From IMG/VR virus record IMGVR_UViG_3300045988_129598: a DNA stretch of 63,683 nt, one strand, 5' to 3'. Made by a program: the position numbers and the translations under genes. The DNA comes from a virus. Of the stretch, positions 56,663 through 63,632 are shown one piece after another. The notes under the pieces are model-generated. The model was not told the origin of the DNA and searched no databases. It worked only from the letters and a program-made list of their open reading frames with translations. Each line of letters begins with the position of its first letter. Within the stretch, counting starts at the first letter, position 1.

Positions 56663-58804
56663 TTATAAGTGCATCACCCGATCTCTAATTTCAGCCGTTC
56701 GTCCCTGATTCCAGAACTGTGTACCGATATAACCACAGGTTCGTCTGGCGACATTCATCGTTTTCTGATCTCTGTTGCCGCACTTCGGGCACTCCCAAAT
56801 CAATTTTCCATCCTCCTCTACAATCTGGATTTCGCCATCGTACCCGCATTTCTGGCAATAGTCTGATTTCGTGTTAATTTCAGCATACATGATATGGTCA
56901 TACATATACTGAATCAGTCGAATAACAGCCTGAACATTTCCAATCAGATTTGGAACTTCGACATAGCTGATGGCCCCGCCCGGACTCATTTTCTGGAACC
57001 GACTTTCGAAATCAAGCTTTGTAAAAGCGTCAATCGGCTCGCGTACATTAACGTGATACGAATTGGTAATATAAGTGTGGTCGGTTACTTCTTTAATAAT
57101 GCCAAATCGTTTGCGCAAGCACTTAGCGAATTTGTACGTCGTGGACTCAAGCGGGGTTCCATACACACTATAGTCGATATGCTCCGCTTCGCGCCACTCC
57201 TTACATTTATCGTTCAATCGCCTCATGACAGCAATCGCAAATGATTCACCTCTGGGCTCAGTATGGCTAACATGCATGAAAGCCTGGCAACATTCGTACA
57301 ATCCTGCATATCCGAGCGAAATTGTCGAATATCCATTATAAAGAAGTTTGTCGATTGTTTCGCCATGCTTTAGTCTGGCCAGAGCACCGTGCTGCCAAAG
57401 GATCGGAGCAACATCAGACACTGTTCCCTTCAACCGCTCATGCCTGCATCGCAAAGCACGATGACAGAGCTCAAGTCGTTCGTCAAGGACGGTGAAGAAA
57501 TCTCTTTCTTCTTTAATAGCAGTGAGCGCAACATCTGGAAGATTGATCGTAACGACGCCTTGGTTGAAACGCCCATAGTATTTCGGCTTTCCGTTCTCAT
57601 CCTTATAAGGCGTGAGGAAGCTTCGGCAACCCATACACGGATAGCAGTCACCCTTCAGTTCCAGCATCAATTTCTCGGAAATATAATCTGGAACCATTCG
57701 TTTAGCCGTGCACTTGGCTGCCAATTTCGTCAGATAGAAATACGGAGAATCTTCATGGATGTTGTCTTCTTCAGTTACATAAAGAAGCTTCGGAAATGCA
57801 GGAGTGATCCAAACGCCGGACTCGTTCTTTACTCCCTGAATACGCTGATTCAGCATCTCCTCGATAAGCATAGCGAGGTCCTCTTTTTCTCGTGGATTCT
57901 CAGCTTCATTCAGATACATCATGACCGACAGGAAAGGTGCCTGCCCATTCGTTGTCATCAATGTAATGACTTGGTACTGAATAGTCTGAATACCCTTCTG
58001 AATTTCTTTTCGGAGACGACGTTCCACGATATTATCGATATACAACTCACCACCCGGAATGTCATAGTCGAGCATCTCCTGCATAACTTCTTTACGAATC
58101 GCCTGTCTCGAAACATCCACGAACGGTGCAAGGTGTGCAAGGCTGATCGTCTGACCGCCGTACTGACTTGAGGCTACCTGTGCGACGATCTGCATGGCAA
58201 TGTTGCAGGCTGTGGAGAAGCTATGTGGCTTATCGATCTTCACGCCGCTGATAACCGTCCCGTTTTGCAGCATATCCTTGAGATTCACGAGACAGCAGTT
58301 GTGCATATGCTGAGCAAAGTAGTCCTTGTCATGCACATGGATAATGCCCTGTCTATCCGCCTCCACAATGTCCTGAGGCAGAAAATATCTTTCTGTCAGA
58401 TCTTTAGAGACGTATCCGGCCATATAGTCTCTCTGAACACTGTTGATGACCGGATCTTTGTTGCTGTTTTCCTGAAGCGCTTCTTCGTTTGCCTGATCGA
58501 TCAACGACAGAATCTCAGCATCCGTGCTGTTTCCTTTACGGATTTTCTCTCGATCATAGCGATAACGAATATAATCTCTAGCTACGGTCGCATAGCCGTT
58601 TTCCATCAAGGCATCTTCAACCATGTCTTGAATTTCTTCGACATGGGGCGCTCGACCAAGCAACGCGCATTGATCCCCTACACTGTCTGTAATCTTGGCA
58701 ATATTATCGAATGGTATTCTGTCTTTGCCCGCCCGAGTAATTGCTCCAGCGATCTTTGTTGCGTCGAACTCGACTTCAGTTCCGTTTCGTTTGATGACTT
58801 TCAT
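56663..58804 (-). CDS. nrdD: anaerobic ribonucleoside-triphosphate reductase
   Basis: ATP-cone start MKVIKRNGTEVEFD. C-terminal Zn site CQKCG...CPKCG and glycyl-radical motif RRTCGYIG. 713 aa. Confidence 0.95.
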   Translation of the reverse strand: MKVIKRNGTEVEFDATKIAGAITRAGKDRIPFDNIAKITDSVGDQCALLGRAPHVEEIQDMVEDALMENGYATVARDYIRYRYDREKIRKGNSTDAEILSLIDQANEEALQENSNKDPVINSVQRDYMAGYVSKDLTERYFLPQDIVEADRQGIIHVHDKDYFAQHMHNCCLVNLKDMLQNGTVISGVKIDKPHSFSTACNIAMQIVAQVASSQYGGQTISLAHLAPFVDVSRQAIRKEVMQEMLDYDIPGGELYIDNIVERRLRKEIQKGIQTIQYQVITLMTTNGQAPFLSVMMYLNEAENPREKEDLAMLIEEMLNQRIQGVKNESGVWITPAFPKLLYVTEEDNIHEDSPYFYLTKLAAKCTAKRMVPDYISEKLMLELKGDCYPCMGCRSFLTPYKDENGKPKYYGRFNQGVVTINLPDVALTAIKEERDFFTVLDERLELCHRALRCRHERLKGTVSDVAPILWQHGALARLKHGETIDKLLYNGYSTISLGYAGLYECCQAFMHVSHTEPRGESFAIAVMRRLNDKCKEWREAEHIDYSVYGTPLESTTYKFAKCLRKRFGIIKEVTDHTYITNSYHVNVREPIDAFTKLDFESRFQKMSPGGAISYVEVPNLIGNVQAVIRLIQYMYDHIMYAEINTKSDYCQKCGYDGEIQIVEEDGKLIWECPKCGNRDQKTMNVARRTCGYIGTQFWNQGRTAEIRDRVMHL

Positions 58805-59235
58805 TTAAAATACCCCTCCCGCATATTTGTAACTCGGCCGCCTGTAATTTCATACAAAGTAGCTCTCTTAACGTGATCTTTCCAACTCTTTGGAGCTTCT
58901 TTTTCCCGAATATCGAAGTCTACCTTTTCCGCTTTACTCCACTCTTTGAGCGTATCGATAATCTGGACGTAGCCCATGCCCGGTCCCGCGTATTCCATAT
59001 AAATTCTGGGATAACTGTCATCAGGATCGATGCTGCTGTAAAGCCTCATCGTATTGTCGAAATCTCCGAACCGCTTCAGAAAAGAAGAAAGGGGGATGAA
59101 CTGTTTCGGATCATCCGCCCAAGCCTGAATTTCGAATTCCCTTTGCACGTTTACTCGACACCTCCACGCATACACCATATAAACACAGAACAGTACAAGC
59201 CATACAATCATAAGTGCCACCATTGCTGCATCCAT
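58801..59235 (-). CDS. membrane-anchored hypothetical protein
   Basis: N-terminal TM MVALMIVWLVLFCVYMVYAW. ATGA overlap with the nrdD start. Confidence 0.55.
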   Translation of the reverse strand: MDAAMVALMIVWLVLFCVYMVYAWRCRVNVQREFEIQAWADDPKQFIPLSSFLKRFGDFDNTMRLYSSIDPDDSYPRIYMEYAGPGMGYVQIIDTLKEWSKAEKVDFDIREKEAPKSWKDHVKRATLYEITGGRVTNMREGYFK

Positions 59236-59237
59236 GA

Positions 59238-59468
59238 TCAATTAACCTCGCTTTCCAGAATCGCTTCATAATATCGCAGTGCCGTTCGAAGAACCGCCGT
59301 TTTACTCATTGTTCCCAGCTCCATGCAGTGGGTAAGAATATCTGCATCCTTTTCGGTCAGATAAAAACTTTCCCAGCCTGCTGTAACAGGGTTGATGTAG
59401 TCATTCTTTCCAGCGGTGGAAGAGACGATAGAACCATGAGTGCTCATTCTCCCATCTCGCTTTCTCAA
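59238..59468 (-). CDS. possible ribbon-helix-helix DNA-binding protein
   Basis: C-terminal FYLTEKDADILTHCMELGTMSKTAVLRTALRYYEAI has a strand-helix-helix layout. The start is uncertain because the ORF overlaps the upstream gene. Confidence 0.4.
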   Translation of the reverse strand: MRKRDGRMSTHGSIVSSTAGKNDYINPVTAGWESFYLTEKDADILTHCMELGTMSKTAVLRTALRYYEAILESEVN

Positions 59469-59646
59469 TCAGTTTGTCGAGTTCTGTTTTAGGTCTTCTG
59501 AAGGGAGCGCTCTGCACCATACCGGGAGCCACGTATTTTTCATAATACTCCCAATACTCTTTTGTTCCGTAGAATTGCTCATATGCCTCCCTGATCTTTG
59601 CAATGCTGTTTTCCTTCAGCAAGCCATTAACTCGAAAGATCACCAT
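59401..59646 (-). CDS. hypothetical protein
   Basis: ATG at 59646 just after the stop of gene 59654..60418. 81 aa. Confidence 0.45.
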   Translation of the reverse strand: MVIFRVNGLLKENSIAKIREAYEQFYGTKEYWEYYEKYVAPGMVQSAPFRRPKTELDKLIEKARWENEHSWFYRLFHRWKE

Positions 59647-59653
59647 AGCGCCA

Positions 59654-60418
59654 TCAAAGGACACTAAATCCACTTCGGGGCTTACTATCCAAATCGAAGT
59701 CCACGATTCCATAAGGAATACCATCCTCCCTCATGCCGGTCGTGATGTACGGTTCAACCCTTGTCGGGCTTCCCCAGCCTACTTCGTCGCCCATATTGTT
59801 CGGCGTCAATTTAGGATTGTCCAGCGCTTCATAGTAATCGTTCAGCGAAGCATAATAGCTTCCGAGGATTTTGTAGTTGACATCGTTAAACGCTTTCATA
59901 ATCCGCTCATAGGTAGACCAGAAATATCTTCCGCTGTACGCATCGAAGAACAAAGACTCTCCGTCATGACTTTCTTTGGTCATCGCGGCAAGCTGATTGT
60001 TTTGCCTTTCTGCCCGCTCTTTCGCCACTTCATCCCGAATCTCTCGTTCCTTCTTTTCGCCGATTGTCTCGATTACTTTCGAACGATAATCTTTTGCCAT
60101 GTTCTCAGAAAGGTTCAGGAGCGTTGTCAGCGCGGCAGTCCGCTTCTTTGAAATATCATTGGACTTAAAACCACAGGCAATGCTCAGAGCAGTTGCCGCT
60201 ACAGTCGGAGCATACTCCGGTACGACAGTCTTGATCATCTCGACCGTACCTTCCGGCTTCTTTTCATCTACCAGCCGAACCGCTTTGACCGTTGCTTCGC
60301 CGCAAAGCACAACAGCAGCGATAGTTCCAATCGAGCTTGCCACTGAAAGAATCGTGGAGGCGTGAGTCTTTCCGAAATGCCTGAGAACTTGAATACCAGT
60401 AGCGAACAAGTTTTTCAT
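59654..60418 (-). CDS. two-TM paralogue family member 3
   Basis: ATG at 60418 follows TTGAAAGGAG. Architecture shared with genes 46652..47623 and 54922..55707. Confidence 0.6.
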   Translation of the reverse strand: MKNLFATGIQVLRHFGKTHASTILSVASSIGTIAAVVLCGEATVKAVRLVDEKKPEGTVEMIKTVVPEYAPTVAATALSIACGFKSNDISKKRTAALTTLLNLSENMAKDYRSKVIETIGEKKEREIRDEVAKERAERQNNQLAAMTKESHDGESLFFDAYSGRYFWSTYERIMKAFNDVNYKILGSYYASLNDYYEALDNPKLTPNNMGDEVGWGSPTRVEPYITTGMREDGIPYGIVDFDLDSKPRSGFSVL

Positions 60419-60433
60419 AGAGATTTCTCCTTT

Positions 60434-60468
60434 CAAAAATAAAAAAAGAAAGAGCCGAAGCTCCCTCT
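60434..60468 (-). terminator. intrinsic terminator with UUCG loop
   Basis: Minus strand AGAGGGAGC-TTCG-GCTCTTTCT (two G-U pairs) followed by TTTTTTTATTTTT. Confidence 0.65.
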
Positions 60469-60698
60469 TACAGATAGCGAACCGTGTAATCCGTGACGCT
60501 CACTCTATGACCGTTAAACGTGTCCGCCGCAGTATAATTCATTGCGCCGTCATCTTCTCGGCTGATAAAGTGGAAATCAACATAGTTACCGTTGGCTACC
60601 TCAAAAGGTACAGTCTTCGGACAATCTTCCTTTGTCATAACAGAATTTCCAAACAACACAGTCATCATTAAAGCAGCACAAATAACCAATTTCTTCAT
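60468..60698 (-). CDS. small secreted protein
   Basis: Signal-peptide-like MKKLVICAALMMTVLFGNSV. RBS AAAGGAG. Confidence 0.55.
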   Translation of the reverse strand: MKKLVICAALMMTVLFGNSVMTKEDCPKTVPFEVANGNYVDFHFISREDDGAMNYTAADTFNGHRVSVTDYTVRYL

Positions 60699-60742
60699 AG
60701 TCTTGTTCTCCTTTTAATATCATAATTGTGATTATGGTTTCT

Positions 60743-60767
60743 ATTATAACCCTTGTGTTTTCTGCGA
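60743..60767 (-). promoter_or_regulatory. TCGCA-N14-TATAAT motif copy
   Basis: Minus strand GCTCGCAGAAAACACAAGGGT-TATAAT-AGAAACC. Confidence 0.45.
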
Positions 60768-60768
60768 G

Positions 60769-60803
60769 CAAAAAGAAAAGAGCCCACGTTTTCGTGAGCC
60801 CTC
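60769..60803 (-). terminator. intrinsic terminator
   Basis: Minus strand GAGGGCTCACG-AAAA-CGTGGGCTCTT (11 pairs, 3 G-U, minus sense only) followed by TTCTTTTT. Confidence 0.65.
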
Positions 60804-60806
60804 GTC

Positions 60807-60947
60807 TTAAAATATACTTTCGAGCCAATCTCCAAATTCGTCGAACATTTTTCCTACGAGTTTTAGCGCGAGCTTAAAGCCTTTCCAGCAGATAACAATA
60901 CCAATACATCCTACCATCAGGCTCAAGGCTGCTGTCGCAATTCCCAT
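60807..60947 (-). CDS. 46-aa membrane micro-protein
   Basis: Below track cutoff. GAAAGGAG lies 8 nt before ATG. Product MGIATAALSLMVGCIGIVICWKGFKLALKL... Flanked by a motif copy and a terminator. Confidence 0.5.
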   Translation of the reverse strand: MGIATAALSLMVGCIGIVICWKGFKLALKLVGKMFDEFGDWLESIF

Positions 60948-60982
60948 AATAAAATCTCCTTTCGATTTTGAACAATGATTCT

Positions 60983-61007
60983 ATTATAAGAATTGTAGAT
61001 TTTGCGA
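60983..61007 (-). promoter_or_regulatory. TCGCA-N14-TATAAT motif copy
   Basis: Minus strand ATTCGCAAAATCTACAATTCT-TATAAT-AGAATC. Confidence 0.45.
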
Positions 61008-61013
61008 ATATGT

Positions 61014-61313
61014 TTACCACATTCCCGCCTGATGTCCGCAAAACGCAATCATAGCGATAAGTATTCCGATTCCCACAAACGCCATACCGGTATCATTATT
61101 CATCTTCTTTTCTTGGAACTTAATCTCCTGAATCTTAGCCTCATCAATGATCCGTTTCGTCTTACATGAGTTTTCATTGACATTCAGTGTAACGGTAACG
61201 TTGTTCTTCTTATCAACTGAGATTTTGGAGCCGCAGTAGGTACAGAAAAAGACGTCGGCGTTATTTTCAACCATGACACTCTTTTTACAGTTTGGACAGA
61301 TTATAGTTCTCAT
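61014..61313 (-). CDS. zinc-ribbon + C-terminal TM protein (tandem copy B)
   Basis: CPNCKK...CTYCGS, then NENSCKTKRIIDEAKIQEIKFQEKKMNNDTGMAFVGIGIL, which is shared with gene 61329..61637. Confidence 0.6.
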   Translation of the reverse strand: MRTIICPNCKKSVMVENNADVFFCTYCGSKISVDKKNNVTVTLNVNENSCKTKRIIDEAKIQEIKFQEKKMNNDTGMAFVGIGILIAMIAFCGHQAGMW

Positions 61314-61328
61314 AACATTATTTCTTAT

Positions 61329-61637
61329 TTATAACAGTCCCGCTTTATAGAAACTGAATAAAGCTATTGCGAACAATATTCCAATTCCCACAAACGCCAT
61401 ACCGGTATCATTATTCATCTTCTTTTCTTGGAACTTAATCTCCTGAATCTTAGCCTCATCGATGATCCGTTTCGTCTTACATGAGTTTTCATTGACGTTC
61501 ACAGTTACCGTGACTTTATTACTTTTATCTATGGAGATTTTGGAGCCGCAGTAGGTACAGAAAAACGAATCGATGTTTTCGTCCACGGTAAGAACGGCTC
61601 CACAGTTCGGGCAGGTTACGGATTTTGTTTTAGTCAT
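61329..61637 (-). CDS. zinc-ribbon + C-terminal TM protein (tandem copy A)
   Basis: ATG at 61637 follows GGAGGGGAA. About 117 nt (61384-61501) match 61069-61186 with 2 mismatches. Confidence 0.6.
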   Translation of the reverse strand: MTKTKSVTCPNCGAVLTVDENIDSFFCTYCGSKISIDKSNKVTVTVNVNENSCKTKRIIDEAKIQEIKFQEKKMNNDTGMAFVGIGILFAIALFSFYKAGLL

Positions 61638-61788
61638 ATCGTTCCCCTCCAAGTCGAAAAATAAAAAACCCTTGTATGCTTCTAACATACGTCTCCGGTA
61701 TTCCGGTGTCCTCCAATTAGACGATTATTGCGGGCTAACTTAGGACCCAATGCCTAAGCCTCCCACGGGTAAACTCCCAAAGTTCTCT

Positions 61789-61813
61789 ATTATAGCCCTT
61801 GCTTTTTTTGCGA
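61789..61813 (-). promoter_or_regulatory. TCGCA-N14-TATAAT motif copy
   Basis: Minus strand GCTCGCAAAAAAAGCAAGGGC-TATAAT-AGAGAAC, about 150 nt upstream of the ATG at 61637. Confidence 0.45.
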
Positions 61814-61814
61814 G

Positions 61815-61904
61815 CTAGTCTATATAGAATGTTTCAAGAATATATACCGTTGCTAGAATCCCTGTTACAAATCCTATGAATAAGCATACTGCATCCGAAC
61901 TCAT
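61815..61904 (-). CDS. 29-aa hydrophobic micro-protein
   Basis: Below track cutoff. TAAGGAGG lies 9 nt before ATG. Product MSSDAVCLFIGFVTGILATVYILETFYID. Confidence 0.35.
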   Translation of the reverse strand: MSSDAVCLFIGFVTGILATVYILETFYID

Positions 61905-61921
61905 CCGTCAAGACCTCCTTA

Positions 61922-61956
61922 CGAAAAATAAAAAAGAAAGAGACCATGTAGGTCTC
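61922..61956 (-). terminator. intrinsic terminator
   Basis: Minus strand GAGACC-TACAT-GGTCTC followed by TTTCTTTTTTATTTTT. Confidence 0.55.
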
Positions 61957-61970
61957 CTTTAAAAAAGCAT

Positions 61971-62219
61971 TCATAACCTAAGAATTGAACGCCCGTTGAA
62001 TAGTCCTCTATAGGCTTCCATACACAGATTCAGCATGCGAGTCTTTTCACAATCTGGCATCGTACCAAATTTAATCGACTTTACATACTGATGTAACGCC
62101 TCGCAAATTTTACAATATGTATCCCGATCAATGCAATACAGAGGGTAGTCATCATGGTCATGAATTTCTCTATCTGTTAATACATAATATCTCTTTCCCA
62201 AAATTTCGATCTTTTTCAT
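61971..62219 (-). CDS. hypothetical protein
   Basis: ATG at 62219 follows TAGGAGGTG. 82 aa. Confidence 0.55.
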   Translation of the reverse strand: MKKIEILGKRYYVLTDREIHDHDDYPLYCIDRDTYCKICEALHQYVKSIKFGTMPDCEKTRMLNLCMEAYRGLFNGRSILRL

Positions 62220-62233
62220 AAAGATCACCTCCT

Positions 62234-62258
62234 ATAATAGAAGATGCTTTTCCTGCGA
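62234..62258 (-). promoter_or_regulatory. TCGCA-N14-TATTAT motif copy
   Basis: Minus strand TTTCGCAGGAAAAGCATCTTC-TATTAT-AGGAGG. The RBS abuts the hexamer. Confidence 0.4.
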
Positions 62259-62291
62259 AAAAATAAAAAGAAAGAGCCCTTGTTAGAGCTC
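62259..62291 (-). terminator. intrinsic terminator
   Basis: Minus strand GAGCTC-TAACAA-GGGCTC followed by TTTCTTTTTATTTTTT. Confidence 0.55.
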
Positions 62292-62305
62292 AATCTCTCA
62301 AATCA

Positions 62306-62560
62306 TCAGGCATAGACCATTTCTGCGATTCTTGTGCCAAAGTAGTAGCTCACGTTCGTCTTTGAAGCATCGATATCATAATGCGTAACACCAATCGGTC
62401 TTCCTTTTCGAATGTTGACACGATTATATTTCCGAATTAACTTCGAAAACATTCTTCGCTGATCCATCGTTTCAAAATAGAATCTGATCGGAGCATTAAA
62501 TCCTTCCAACTCCACATCACAAGCGTATCCTACCGTATGGCAGATAATAATAACTTCCAT
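62306..62560 (-). CDS. hypothetical protein
   Basis: 84-aa ORF with RBS TAGGAGGAA. Confidence 0.55.
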   Translation of the reverse strand: MEVIIICHTVGYACDVELEGFNAPIRFYFETMDQRRMFSKLIRKYNRVNIRKGRPIGVTHYDIDASKTNVSYYFGTRIAEMVYA

Positions 62561-62586
62561 AATAGTTTCCTCCTAATAATATTTCT

Positions 62587-62611
62587 ATTATAGGAGCTGC
62601 AATTTTTGCGA
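62587..62611 (-). promoter_or_regulatory. TCGCA-N14-TATAAT motif copy
   Basis: Minus strand ATTCGCAAAAATTGCAGCTCC-TATAAT-AGAAA, 1 nt after the stop of gene 62613..62855. Confidence 0.45.
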
Positions 62612-62612
62612 A

Positions 62613-62855
62613 TTATGAAAAGTGTTTCTTGCTGCTATAGTCTCGAATATCCGCCTTATAAAGTGGTTCTGGAGAATCTTCTGGTCCGCTCTTCACAACA
62701 ATATCAGTCAGCTCAGCAAATTCTTTGACGCCCGAAAATTGATCGGTCATGATTTCGAGAAAAGCGTCCAGAAATTTGTCACAGGACTTTTGCGAGCAAA
62801 CCTTTTCGTCCACCATATCGAATCCGATCACCACTTCAAAATGCGCCTTTCTCAT
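62613..62855 (-). CDS. hypothetical protein (first gene leftward of the divergent promoter region)
   Basis: 80-aa ORF with RBS AAAGAGG. Confidence 0.55.
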   Translation of the reverse strand: MRKAHFEVVIGFDMVDEKVCSQKSCDKFLDAFLEIMTDQFSGVKEFAELTDIVVKSGPEDSPEPLYKADIRDYSSKKHFS

Positions 62856-62889
62856 AGAATATACCTCTTTTCTTTCTAATTAGTAAAGC

Positions 62890-62918
62890 TTTACAAATAT
62901 TACGCGTTGTGCTATAAT
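62890..62918 (+). promoter_or_regulatory. canonical sigma-70-type promoter with extended -10
   Basis: TTTACA (62890-62895), 17-nt spacer ending in TGC, TATAAT (62913-62918). A weaker opposing TTGATT-N18-TAATAT (62926-62897, minus) overlaps it. Confidence 0.6.
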
Positions 62919-62945
62919 ATAATCAACAATTACGGGCCGTCCCCT

Positions 62946-63389
62946 TTGCCAGACAAATATGCGATAACAGTTGATTTTATACCGCATAAAACTCGTTGGG
63001 ACCCCAATCCAGACCTCGACGGCTATACTCCGCATTATCGTGATATCATCAGTTTTTGTTTAGCCGTTGACGTACCAGACGAGCTTGGCATTGTTCATGA
63101 TTTTTCTGACGCTATGATCCGAAAAGGGCATAAGACAACTGACGGCAATGGAGAATATTGCTACATTATTGCACCTCAACTTTCGTGGAACATCATGCCG
63201 GGGCAAAGTACCGATTCGCTTCTGAATGACGCCATAAAGCAGATATCTTCCCTTCGCGCAGTCAACTTGGCTTATCCCGATAATGGTGAACGCAAAGTCA
63301 TTCCGCTTTCGGTTACAAACTGGTGGGTGACACACGGAAGTTTCCCGATAGAAGATAAATACAAATACGATGCCCGACATCAAGCATAA
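62946..63389 (+). CDS. plus-strand protein of unknown function (moron / lysogeny-expressed candidate)
   Basis: Open frame 62907..63389, the only long plus-strand ORF not shadowing a minus gene. The promoter overlaps the track start, so TTG at 62946 is the first in-frame start. No clear RBS. A terminator follows the stop. Confidence 0.45.
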   Translation: MPDKYAITVDFIPHKTRWDPNPDLDGYTPHYRDIISFCLAVDVPDELGIVHDFSDAMIRKGHKTTDGNGEYCYIIAPQLSWNIMPGQSTDSLLNDAIKQISSLRAVNLAYPDNGERKVIPLSVTNWWVTHGSFPIEDKYKYDARHQA

Positions 63390-63427
63390 AAAGAAAGAGG
63401 GATTGTTAAAACCCCTCTTTTTTTTTT
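63388..63427. terminator. bidirectional terminator between convergent genes
   Basis: AAGAGGG-N11-CCCTCTT flanked by an A-run upstream and T10 downstream. Confidence 0.65.
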
Positions 63428-63632
63428 AGAAAAACCAGCGTTTCTTTTTAGGTTTTTCGATATAGCCTGCCAACATGCCAAATGCCGCGATGGTTGCATC
63501 ACTGATTTTATGATAGTCAAGTCTGTCCCACCAATGTGTATGGTTTCGAACATACTTAGCTACCATTTCGTCTGTGATTTTTCCAACTCCCGGATAATCG
63601 GCATATCCGTCACTGTATCTCTTTTTAAACAA
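63426..63632 (-). CDS. hypothetical protein
   Basis: ORF 63426..63650; the preferred start is TTG at 63632, 8 nt after AAAGGAG. The start is uncertain. Confidence 0.5.
   Translation of the reverse strand: MFKKRYSDGYADYPGVGKITDEMVAKYVRNHTHWWDRLDYHKISDATIAAFGMLAGYIEKPKKKRWFF

Noticed and set aside
62587-62611. Reading TTCGCA of the recurrent motif as a sigma-70 -35 hexamer.
   Set aside because: The spacer to TATAAT is 14 nt in all 11 copies, not 16-18 nt. The bases at the true -35 position are not conserved.
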